From Streptomyces phage Circinus, in the sequence record MK620896.1: DNA of 32,000 nucleotides. One strand, written 5' to 3'. The notes beneath the pieces are model-generated. The model was not told the origin of the DNA. It ran no database searches and worked only from the letters and a program-made list of their open reading frames with translations. How positions within the stretch are numbered: the first letter of the stretch is position 1; each line of letters opens with the position of its first letter. Below are positions 20,397 through 27,272 of this stretch, one piece after another. The position numbers and the translations under genes were made by a program.

Positions 20397-20484
20397 AAAT
20401 ATACAGCACACGGACAAGGCTTAGGCGCATGAGGGCATAGGGTGCCCAACAAGGCGGTGGGATGCGAGTGGTGATGCTGTACAA

Positions 20485-20558
20485 TCTCCGTTAGCTCAAT
20501 TTGGCAGAGCGGTGAGCTGTTAACTCATTGGTTGTTGGTTCGAGTCCAGCACGGGGAG
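20485..20558 (+). tRNA. tRNA-Asn (GTT)
   Basis: Acceptor TCTCCGT/ACGGGGA, anticodon stem GTGAG/CTCAT with loop CTGTTAA, T-arm GTTGG-TTCGAGT-CCAGC. Confidence 0.85.
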
Positions 20559-20562
20559 CAAT

Positions 20563-20662
20563 TGCGTGGTAGCCCAACTAGAGGCGGCACGGATATGTGA
20601 GAGTCCTTCCTGTAGTCCGGTAAAAGGTGGAAGGTAGTGCGGGTGAAAATCCCGCCCACGCA
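20563..20662 (+). ncRNA. 100-nt tRNA-like RNA of non-canonical architecture (or decayed tRNA)
   Basis: Perfect 7-bp closing helix TGCGTGG/CCACGCA. Adjacent 5-bp hairpin GCGGG-TGAAAAT-CCCGC sits at the T-arm position. A D-arm-like TAGCCCAACTAGAGGC is present. There is no standard 5-bp/7-nt anticodon arm. An internal CCTTCC/GGAAGG pairing is possible. Confidence 0.4.
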
Positions 20663-20667
20663 ATAAG

Positions 20668-20697
20668 TTGACAGACGACAATAAAGTCTGTTAACAT
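20668..20697 (+). promoter_or_regulatory. promoter TTGACA-N18-TAACAT driving tRNA-Leu(TAG) and tRNA-Val
   Basis: Read directly from the sequence. The unit ends at terminator 20898-20932. Confidence 0.65.
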
Positions 20698-20711
20698 AGA
20701 AGTACAAGCAA

Positions 20712-20792
20712 GCCGGTGTGGTGGAATTAGGCAGACACGCTAGTCTTAGGAACTAGTTCTTCGGAGTGCAGGTTCGAGTCCTGTCACCGGTA
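20712..20792 (+). tRNA. tRNA-Leu (TAG), class II
   Basis: Acceptor GCCGGTG/CACCGGT, anticodon stem CTAGT/ACTAG with loop CTTAGGA, variable arm TTCTTCGGAGT, T-arm GCAGG-TTCGAGT-CCTGT. Confidence 0.85.
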
Positions 20793-20823
20793 CAAAAGTC
20801 CTCTAATAACCTAGAGGCACTAT

Positions 20824-20895
20824 GCGCGGTTAGCTCAGCGGGAGAGCGTTTCGTTTACACCGAAAGGGCCGGGGGTTCGAATCCCTCACTGCGCA
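20824..20895 (+). tRNA. tRNA-Val (TAC)
   Basis: Acceptor GCGCGGT/ACTGCGC, anticodon stem TTTCG/CGAAA with loop TTTACAC, T-arm GGGGG-TTCGAAT-CCCTC. Confidence 0.9.
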
Positions 20896-20897
20896 CT

Positions 20898-20937
20898 GGT
20901 CCCTGTACTCATCTCACGACAGTACAGGGGCCTTTTA
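20898..20937 (+). terminator. intrinsic terminator after tRNA-Val
   Basis: 12-bp stem GGTCCCTGTACT/AGTACAGGGGCC followed by TTTTATT. Confidence 0.8.
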
Positions 20938-21013
20938 TTATGCGAAGAGAGCCAGACTGGGGATTGTATCTGCTGATTATCATGGCAGTGCTAATCCTGA
21001 TAAAGACACACAT

Positions 21014-21094
21014 GCCCGCGTAGGAGAATGGTATATCCGGGGGTCTCAAAAACCCTGCCCTAGTGGCGTGTCGGTTCGAGTCCGACCGTGGGTA
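21014..21094 (+). tRNA. tRNA-Leu (CAA), class II
   Basis: Acceptor GCCCGCG/CGTGGGT (two G-U), anticodon stem GGGGT/ACCCT with loop CTCAAAA, variable arm GCCCTAGTGGCGT, T-arm GTCGG-TTCGAGT-CCGAC. Confidence 0.8.
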
Positions 21095-21136
21095 CGTACA
21101 ATAATAAGAGATTATCCCTTTCGAAAGAAGGAGCAC

Positions 21137-21382
21137 ATGGTGAAGTTCGTTAAGGTCGATGAGGACGTTGTTTCGGTCGAGCTGAGCCTGGACACGGTTG
21201 GGCGAATTGCTCGTGCACTGTCCCTGGTTGAGTCTGAGTACGACGGCACTGACCTGCTGGACGAGCGTGACAAGTCTCTGAGCAAGGTCTTCACGACTGC
21301 TTCTCAGCGCTTTGCTGAGAGCGAAGAGGAGCCGCTGGCTGAGTGGGAGCGTATGCTCCTTGAGGGTCCGGCCTCCGAGTGA
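21137..21382 (+). CDS. hypothetical acidic protein
   Basis: ATG 21137 after GAAGGAG. The track ORF was trimmed because its 5' part overlaps tRNA-Leu(CAA). Confidence 0.7.
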   Translation: MVKFVKVDEDVVSVELSLDTVGRIARALSLVESEYDGTDLLDERDKSLSKVFTTASQRFAESEEEPLAEWERMLLEGPASE

Positions 21383-21441
21383 TTTATGAGCCCCGCTGGA
21401 AACGGCGGGGTTCAAGCTATAATAGAATAAGGTGATGCAAT

Positions 21442-21660
21442 ATGACTCAGTACATTAAGCCCAATAAGAGGGTGATGGACCTAGCGTATCTTCGAGATGG
21501 CGATGTGGTTCATACGGGTGAGGCATTGCTACTGGCTCTCTTGATAGCTGCGAAGGGTAAGACCAAGCGTGGCGCAGAAGAGGTTAAGCAGGTGGCTAAG
21601 ATGCTCGATGACCCGAATATTGAAGAGAAGCCAAAGAGGAAGCCCCGCAGGAAGAAGTAA
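21442..21660 (+). CDS. hypothetical protein with Lys/Arg tail
   Basis: 72-aa ORF with C-terminus KPKRKPRRKK. Confidence 0.65.
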   Translation: MTQYIKPNKRVMDLAYLRDGDVVHTGEALLLALLIAAKGKTKRGAEEVKQVAKMLDDPNIEEKPKRKPRRKK

Positions 21661-21700
21661 TCCTGGCGGGGCTTTCCCCGTTTTGCAAGGAGAATTTAAT

Positions 21701-22240
21701 ATGGGTTGGTGTTCAGGGACCGAGTTCTTTGATGACGGTCTCAGCACGTTTCTCAAGTACGTCCCCGAGGACAAGAAGTTCGAGGTGGTCAAGGAGTGGT
21801 ATGACAGCTTTGCATATTCCGACTGGGATTGTCAGAGCGAGTCTATCTACTACCAGGACTACATTGTCCACTTCATGATGCAGGAAGATGGTGCGCAAGA
21901 TGACGACACCATCCTGTATATTGGTCGAAGCAACTCCCGGTGTAGCTGTGGGGTTGATGCCTTTCCTGGCGAGAACGGTCATTACACAGCGGCGGGCTGG
22001 GATAACACCAAGGCTGCTTGTGGTTTTGAGTGGGACGCTGTCTCCTCCGATTACATCAACATGCCAGAGCTGTTCTTGAAGAACACGTTCGGCTATGATA
22101 ATCTCATTGGGTTGCCGGTGGTGACCTACAGTGGCGAGTATCTAGGGATGTATGGTGGCAAGACAAGAGAGAATGCGGCGATGCCCGAGGTGTCAGAGGA
22201 AAGTGATGACACCATTTATGAAGCAGAAGATTTGTCCTGA
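21701..22240 (+). CDS. hypothetical protein
   Basis: ATG 21701 after AAGGAGAA. The track ORF 21569-22240 was trimmed. Confidence 0.75.
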   Translation: MGWCSGTEFFDDGLSTFLKYVPEDKKFEVVKEWYDSFAYSDWDCQSESIYYQDYIVHFMMQEDGAQDDDTILYIGRSNSRCSCGVDAFPGENGHYTAAGWDNTKAACGFEWDAVSSDYINMPELFLKNTFGYDNLIGLPVVTYSGEYLGMYGGKTRENAAMPEVSEESDDTIYEAEDLS

Positions 22241-22272
22241 CTGTAGGGCAGACGAAATTATCGCGGAGGTTC

Positions 22273-22509
22273 GTGGTGGCAGGACTGCCTAAGAAGTTGT
22301 ACTATGTTCTCATCAAGCCCGGTGGCACTCCTTTGAAGTATCGCCAGAAGGGCGGCGGTACCTACACCGACAAGAAATATGCGCGGGCTCAGTATGAAAG
22401 CCTCAAGGCGTATGGCTCTAATGTCGAGTGGTACGAGGGCACGATTGACTGGGAGCTGGTAGAATCGTCTCAGTCGAACCCGATGGAAGGACAGCCAGGA
22501 CTGTGGTAA
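22273..22509 (+). CDS. hypothetical protein
   Basis: 78-aa ORF with a GTG start after GGAGG. Confidence 0.65.
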   Translation: MVAGLPKKLYYVLIKPGGTPLKYRQKGGGTYTDKKYARAQYESLKAYGSNVEWYEGTIDWELVESSQSNPMEGQPGLW

Positions 22510-22979
22510 CCTACGTTAAGGGCGATGCAACGAAGCCGCAGGGCGAGGGCAAGAAGATTATTGCTCACGTCTGCAACGATGAGGGCCTGTGGGGCTCGGG
22601 ATTCGTCCTTGCGGTGAACAAGTTGTCTCCGTTGCCGAGGATGCTTTATCTCCAGGAGCACAAGTTCTGGACCGAAGAGGCCGGGTTTACGTTTACTCCG
22701 CTGGGAGTCACCCAGCTCGTAACCGTTGCCGAAAACCTCATGGTCTGTAATATGGTGGCTCAGCACCGAACGATTCGGCACGTCGAGAAGCCGATTTGCT
22801 ACAAGTCCCTTGAGGCCGCTCTTAATGAGCTGGCTGGACGGGCAAAGGATGAAGAGGCTACAGTTCATATGCCTCGCATCGGGGCGGGTTTGGCCCGAGG
22901 CAACTGGGAAGTTATTGAGTCGATTGTCAATCGTACTCTAACGTTGCAGGATGTTGACGTTACAGTCTACGACCTGTAA
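22503..22979 (+). CDS. macro-domain protein (ADP-ribose binding / ADP-ribosylhydrolase family)
   Basis: VKGDATKP, IIAHVCNDEGLWGSGFVLAV and HMPRIGAGLARGNW match the macro-domain phosphate- and ribose-binding loops. Confidence 0.8.
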   Translation: MVTYVKGDATKPQGEGKKIIAHVCNDEGLWGSGFVLAVNKLSPLPRMLYLQEHKFWTEEAGFTFTPLGVTQLVTVAENLMVCNMVAQHRTIRHVEKPICYKSLEAALNELAGRAKDEEATVHMPRIGAGLARGNWEVIESIVNRTLTLQDVDVTVYDL

Positions 22980-22985
22980 ACTATA

Positions 22986-23018
22986 GGGGTTCCAGAAAAT
23001 AACTGGAGCCCCTAAGCT
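22986..23018 (+). terminator. hairpin GGGGTTCCAG/CTGGAGCCCC followed by TAAGCT
   Basis: Read directly from the sequence, after the macro-domain gene. Confidence 0.5.
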
Positions 23019-23041
23019 CCAGAAGAAAAGAGGGAAGTAGA

Positions 23042-23236
23042 ATGGCAGAGTGGATTGCCGAGCAGTTGATGAAGTTTGCCTTCGGAACTGCTGTTGCGGG
23101 CATCGCCTGGGTGCTCCTGGTTGGTGTCCTGGCCTGGACGGTTCCTTTCTGGGTTATCTGGCTCGTCTGTGAGCTGCTGGTATTTGGAATTATCTTCGGC
23201 CTTGAGCACAGCGATGGACACTGGGACTTCTTCTGA
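23042..23236 (+). CDS. small membrane protein (2 TM)
   Basis: 64 aa. Two long hydrophobic segments rich in W, V and L. Confidence 0.65.
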   Translation: MAEWIAEQLMKFAFGTAVAGIAWVLLVGVLAWTVPFWVIWLVCELLVFGIIFGLEHSDGHWDFF

Positions 23237-23300
23237 GGTACCATGGGGCTAACGCCCCAAGCTGACACATTGGTTCCAACCAAAGGGAGAATAAAAACCA

Positions 23301-25223
23301 ATGCGACCGAACACGATTGTTGCTCAGCGCGAAGGTAACCTCGGCGGCAACGAGCACAAGATGATGTTCGATGAGAACAGCGTTGCGCATCTGATGTCTG
23401 TTCTTACGGACCTGTATTCCGACCCCGAGCTGGCTGTAATTCGAGAGTACAGCACAAACGCTCTCGACTCGCATATTGCGGCGGGTACTGTTCGACCGAT
23501 TGAGGTCACTACGCCGAATGCGCTCTCTCCATTCTTCAAGGTCAAGGATTACGGCCTTGGTATGGATGAGGAAGACATCAAGAATATCTACTCCAAGTAC
23601 GGTGCTTCTACGAAGCGCGATTCCGACTCGGTTGTGGGTATGCTTGGTCTCGGCTGCAAGTCGGCACTGACGTACACTCAGCAGTTTACGCTTAACACCG
23701 TCAAGAATGGCGTTAAGTACATGGTGGCGGTTTCTCGCACCGAGGACGGCTCTGGTGTTATGGAGGTTATCGACTCCTCTCCGACCGACGAGCTGAACAG
23801 TGTTGAGGTCGTTGTTCCCGTTAAGCGGGGTAACGAGTTCGAGCGCAAGTCTCGGGATTTCTTCCGGTTCTGGAAGCCTGGCACGGTCCTGCTTAATGGT
23901 GCACAGCCCCAGGGAATCGGTGGCAAGGAAATCGCTCCGGGTGTTTTTATGGTCCGTGACATTTCCTCTGACTACCTGGTGATGGGCAACGTGGCCTACC
24001 CGCTGGACATCGAGCACGCGCTGTCCGACAGTCAGTCGTACTACAAGCGCTGGGCAATTGTGGCCTACGTCGAAATTGGTTCGGTGAACTTCACGCCTTC
24101 GCGTGAGTCGCTGCATTACACCCGACGCACCGAGGCGACTATCCGTGAGTTCAAGAAGATTGTGGACGAGCGGATTACCAAGGTGGTCCAGGAGGACATT
24201 GACTCCAAGGATAATGAGTGGGACGCTTTCCAGGCGTACTACGAGTGGAGTGAATTCTTCGGCGGTAATTACGGTGGCAGTCGCTACATGCCGCGCAACG
24301 TGGTCTACAAGGGCACCGAGCTGCCGACCGTCTTCCGGGCGGATGGTATGCTTTACAACACGAGCGCTTCTCGGTACGCTGTAAGCGATGTCCACAAGAT
24401 GGACGCTCGCAACGCAGCCAAGACGCCGGTTATCTACGATTACCCGAGCGAGAAGGTTGCACCTACTCACCGAGAGAAGATGCGAGCCTGGCGCAAGGAT
24501 AATGCTTCCGACGCCTACCACATCTTTGTCTGTAAGGAGCTGCCGGAATTCCCGGACTGGCTTCCCATTCAGACGGTAAAGTGGGAAGACGTTAAGTCCA
24601 TCAAGATTGTTCGGGAGAAGACTGGCGCTACTCGGTCCAAGCCTCGTTTCGAGATTTTCTACGACGGCAAGGACCACTACCTGACCAAGGACGAAATCAA
24701 GAAGACTGAAATTGTTCTGGTGAAGCCGAAGAACTACATGAGCAATGCTTCGAAGAAGCAGCTTGAGGCACTTCGGCCGGGTATTGGTATCGTCACTCTG
24801 ACCGAGAGTCGTTGGGACGCCTTTAAGAAGACGTTCCCGAATGCCAAGTCCCTTGAGGAAATTCTTCGAGAGCTGGTGGTGGAAGTCAAGGATGCACTGA
24901 CGAAGGAGGACTTGCTTTTCCTGTCGGTGCGGTGGTACTCTCGTAACGTTCTCATCCAGCTTGACCCCAAGCGGATTGACGACCCGACGCTTTCGAATAT
25001 CGTGACGTTCGTCAAGAGCAGCACGGCATCCGATAATGTCAAGCGTTACAACACCTGGCACTCGATTTACAACGACATCACGATTGGCACTATCCTGGAC
25101 AGGAACGCCACCGTTGACACGGACGTGATGGATAATTACCCTCTGATTCGGAACCTCCAGTCCGATTCTCTTGAGGATGCCTACTGTTACATCAATGCGA
25201 AGTATGCTACGATGAATAAGTAA
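23301..25223 (+). CDS. rIIA: rIIA-like protein (N-terminal GHKL/HATPase-type ATPase domain)
   Basis: EYSTNALDSH (N-box), VKDYGLGMDEED (DxGxG) and GMLGLGCKSAL (G2), followed by a long C-terminal region. Sits directly upstream of an unambiguous rIIB homologue. Confidence 0.8.
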   Translation: MRPNTIVAQREGNLGGNEHKMMFDENSVAHLMSVLTDLYSDPELAVIREYSTNALDSHIAAGTVRPIEVTTPNALSPFFKVKDYGLGMDEEDIKNIYSKYGASTKRDSDSVVGMLGLGCKSALTYTQQFTLNTVKNGVKYMVAVSRTEDGSGVMEVIDSSPTDELNSVEVVVPVKRGNEFERKSRDFFRFWKPGTVLLNGAQPQGIGGKEIAPGVFMVRDISSDYLVMGNVAYPLDIEHALSDSQSYYKRWAIVAYVEIGSVNFTPSRESLHYTRRTEATIREFKKIVDERITKVVQEDIDSKDNEWDAFQAYYEWSEFFGGNYGGSRYMPRNVVYKGTELPTVFRADGMLYNTSASRYAVSDVHKMDARNAAKTPVIYDYPSEKVAPTHREKMRAWRKDNASDAYHIFVCKELPEFPDWLPIQTVKWEDVKSIKIVREKTGATRSKPRFEIFYDGKDHYLTKDEIKKTEIVLVKPKNYMSNASKKQLEALRPGIGIVTLTESRWDAFKKTFPNAKSLEEILRELVVEVKDALTKEDLLFLSVRWYSRNVLIQLDPKRIDDPTLSNIVTFVKSSTASDNVKRYNTWHSIYNDITIGTILDRNATVDTDVMDNYPLIRNLQSDSLEDAYCYINAKYATMNK

Positions 25224-25227
25224 GCGA

Positions 25228-26361
25228 TTGGCCCTTCGGGGCCAAGCTTCCCAACAAGTTCCAATATTTGGAGTGGTTAAAATTAAGTACAATCTGGTTA
25301 AGTTCCAGGACTCCGACGAGGCGAACCTGACGGTTTTCGTCAACGGGGAAATGTACGTTGCCACCGACTCGCACCCGAATTTCAAGGCGATTCTCGTTAA
25401 GGTCGCTGAGGAGGACGAGAGTGTCGTGGACCTGTTCGATGTAAGCAAGACCGCTGAGAAGCGATTCGACCGGCTTTCCGAGCGGGTTACCGTTTCGAAC
25501 GGCCGGATTTACTTCGACGGTGAAGAGGTGGATAACGCGCTGACCTCTCAGGTGCTCCGTTTTATCGACGGTGGCGTTGAGGACTTCAACCCTCTGGTTA
25601 AGTTCTTCGAGAAGGTCATGACCAACCCCAACGAGCACAGCAGGGAACAGCTTTACCGCTGGCTGGCTCGTTACGACTTCACCATTACCGATGAGGGTGA
25701 CTTCATCGCGTACAAGGGTGTTGCTACTGACGCTGAGGGTAACTACGTCAGTGTTAATCACGGTCGAGCGATTTCGAATGGCGTCGAGTACAATGGTGCT
25801 ATTCCTAACCCGCTCGGTGCAGTTGTTGAGATGCCTCGTGGCGATGTTCAGCACGACCCTTCGGTTGGCTGTCACGTCGGTCTGCACGCCGGTACTTACG
25901 AGTACGCTAGGCAGTGGGCTAAGGGTGGTCTTCTCACCGTTGTGATTAATCCTCGCGACGTTGTTTCTGTTCCGACTGACTGTCAGGACCAGAAGTTGCG
26001 GGTTTGCCGTTACACGGTTCAGGAGGTCACCGAGGTCAAGTATTCCGCGCCGGTTATCAGCTTCGATGAAGAGGATGACGAGGACGAGGATGCTTGCTAC
26101 AATTGCGGTTACGTCGAGTGTGAGTGCTGCGGCGAGTGCGGTTCTGCGTACTGCTACGACGAAGAGTGCATGGACTGTCCTGACTGTGGCGAGCGTGACT
26201 GTGAATGCTGCGAGGCTTGTGAGGCTTTCCCTTGCGAGTGCCCGGAGCCGCAGACTCCTGCTGCTGACCTTGACGCTTTCGTGAAGGGCATTAACACGGT
26301 GGAGGGCTTTAAGCGCGGTTACCTCGGTAACGACTGGCCTGACGCTCCTTGGAATAAGTAA
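25228..26361 (+). CDS. rIIB: rIIB-like protein with Cys-rich acidic C-terminal extension
   Basis: ITDEGDFIAYKGV ... VVEMPRGDVQHDPSVGCHVGLHAGTYEYA ... VVINPRDVVSVPTDCQDQKLRVCRYTVQEVTE is collinear with my recollection of T4 rIIB (ITEDGYFYAWKVV ... VVKMPR ... CSRGLHVCS ... VHPRDVVSIP ... MRTCQYEVVEDVTE). The start is uncertain: TTG 25228 lies inside a hairpin, and GTG 25273 is an alternative. Confidence 0.85.
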   Translation: MALRGQASQQVPIFGVVKIKYNLVKFQDSDEANLTVFVNGEMYVATDSHPNFKAILVKVAEEDESVVDLFDVSKTAEKRFDRLSERVTVSNGRIYFDGEEVDNALTSQVLRFIDGGVEDFNPLVKFFEKVMTNPNEHSREQLYRWLARYDFTITDEGDFIAYKGVATDAEGNYVSVNHGRAISNGVEYNGAIPNPLGAVVEMPRGDVQHDPSVGCHVGLHAGTYEYARQWAKGGLLTVVINPRDVVSVPTDCQDQKLRVCRYTVQEVTEVKYSAPVISFDEEDDEDEDACYNCGYVECECCGECGSAYCYDEECMDCPDCGERDCECCEACEAFPCECPEPQTPAADLDAFVKGINTVEGFKRGYLGNDWPDAPWNK

Positions 26362-26368
26362 TTCCCAT

Positions 26369-26400
26369 GGCCCCCTGGAAAACAGGGGGCCAAGCTTTTT
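26369..26400 (+). terminator. hairpin GGCCCCCTG/CAGGGGGCC followed by AAGCTTTTT
   Basis: Read directly from the sequence, after rIIB. Confidence 0.7.
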
Positions 26401-26422
26401 ATCCGCCCCGGAAAGGAAAACA

Positions 26423-27184
26423 ATGAAGATTATGGTTCTGGGCGACACCCATGGTGAGGGCAAGTTCCTCCGCAACATGGTCAATAAGGCCAAGCGTGAG
26501 GGAGCCGAGAAGATTGTCCAGGTTGGGGATTTCGGTCTGTGGGACCATGAAGAGGATGGCGTTCGATTTCTTGACTGGGTGAACGAGGCCCTGCGAGAGA
26601 CCGGAATTAAGCTGTACTTTGTGGGAGGCAACCACGAGAATTGGGACAGGCTCGACTGGTACGAGAAGAATAACCCAAAGACTTATCGTGGTCTGACCTT
26701 TATTCGCAGCCACATCCTTTACACAGGCCGCGTGAAGCGCTGGCAGTGGGACGACAAGTGGTTCCAGGCGGTTGGTGGAGCTGTCTCCATCGACAAGCAG
26801 TGGCGTACTCAGGGCAAGAGCTTCTGGGCACAGGAGCAAATTCCTGAGCGTGTCGTTTATGGTCTGGAGCAGGCTGGCCGCAGGTCGGATTATCTATTTA
26901 CTCACGACGCGCCTAGCTGCGTTCCGATGGGGAATCTCAAGCCAGATGCCGACTCCGCTGCCCACCGTCAGCTCATGGACCGAATCGGGCGGGTTGTTCG
27001 TCCTAATCTCTGGTTCCATGGTCACTACCACAAGTGGATGGAATACAGCTTTATGCACCAGGAGGGTTACTCCTTTGTGTATGGGCTTGACCGGGATTAC
27101 CAGTTCTACAACTACGTTATTCTCGACACCGAGACTGACAACGTGAAGACGGCAACTGGTAAGATTATTGAGCACGGAAACTGA
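26423..27184 (+). CDS. calcineurin-like metallophosphoesterase (Ser/Thr phosphatase-type)
   Basis: LGDTHG, VGDFGLWD, GGNHEN, and later THDAP and HGHYH metal-ligand motifs. Confidence 0.85.
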   Translation: MKIMVLGDTHGEGKFLRNMVNKAKREGAEKIVQVGDFGLWDHEEDGVRFLDWVNEALRETGIKLYFVGGNHENWDRLDWYEKNNPKTYRGLTFIRSHILYTGRVKRWQWDDKWFQAVGGAVSIDKQWRTQGKSFWAQEQIPERVVYGLEQAGRRSDYLFTHDAPSCVPMGNLKPDADSAAHRQLMDRIGRVVRPNLWFHGHYHKWMEYSFMHQEGYSFVYGLDRDYQFYNYVILDTETDNVKTATGKIIEHGN

Positions 27185-27189
27185 GCGTT

Positions 27190-27219
27190 TTGCCTTAGAA
27201 TTTAATCCCGTGCTATAAT
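27190..27219 (+). promoter_or_regulatory. promoter TTGCCT-N18-TATAAT with extended -10 (TGCTATAAT)
   Basis: Read directly from the sequence, upstream of the 27273 CDS. Confidence 0.65.
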
Positions 27220-27229
27220 TTAATATACC

Positions 27230-27250
27230 GTTGACTACCTAGGAGTCAAC
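27230..27250. promoter_or_regulatory. inverted repeat GTTGACT-ACCTAGG-AGTCAAC (operator or 5'-UTR hairpin)
   Basis: Perfect 7-bp arms lying between the -10 box and the RBS of the 27273 CDS. Confidence 0.5.
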
Positions 27251-27272
27251 AATTCAAGGAGGTGCAAAACAC

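Noticed and set aside
20563-20662. Interpretation of the 100-nt element as tRNA-Sec, a standard class-II tRNA or SRP (4.5S) RNA
   Set aside because: It has no 8-bp acceptor stem, no TCA anticodon loop and no self-pairing variable arm. The GTCCGG...GGAAGG stretch only superficially resembles the SRP domain IV motif, and no symmetric helix can be drawn.
20940-21023. 27-aa hydrophobic micro-ORF after the tRNA-Val terminator as a confident gene
   Set aside because: It has no SD, starts right at the terminator T-run, and its last 10 nt overlap tRNA-Leu(CAA). I mention it in a finding but did not annotate it as a CDS.
10933-21094. CRISPR array or other regular direct-repeat array in the tRNA region
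   Set aside because: The repetition comes from tRNA arms (GGTTCGAAT, CTAGT/ACTAG) and promoters. There are no constant-length repeats separated by unique spacers.
23190-25448. 752-aa ORF on the minus strand
   Set aside because: It runs exactly antisense to the well-supported rIIA-like gene. It has no recognisable motifs, its composition is rich in R, L and V as expected for the antisense of a GC-biased coding frame, and it has no RBS. The same reasoning applies to minus-strand ORFs 25207-26631, 524-1159, 2728-3444, 8131-8676, 5566-6042 and 30747-31445.
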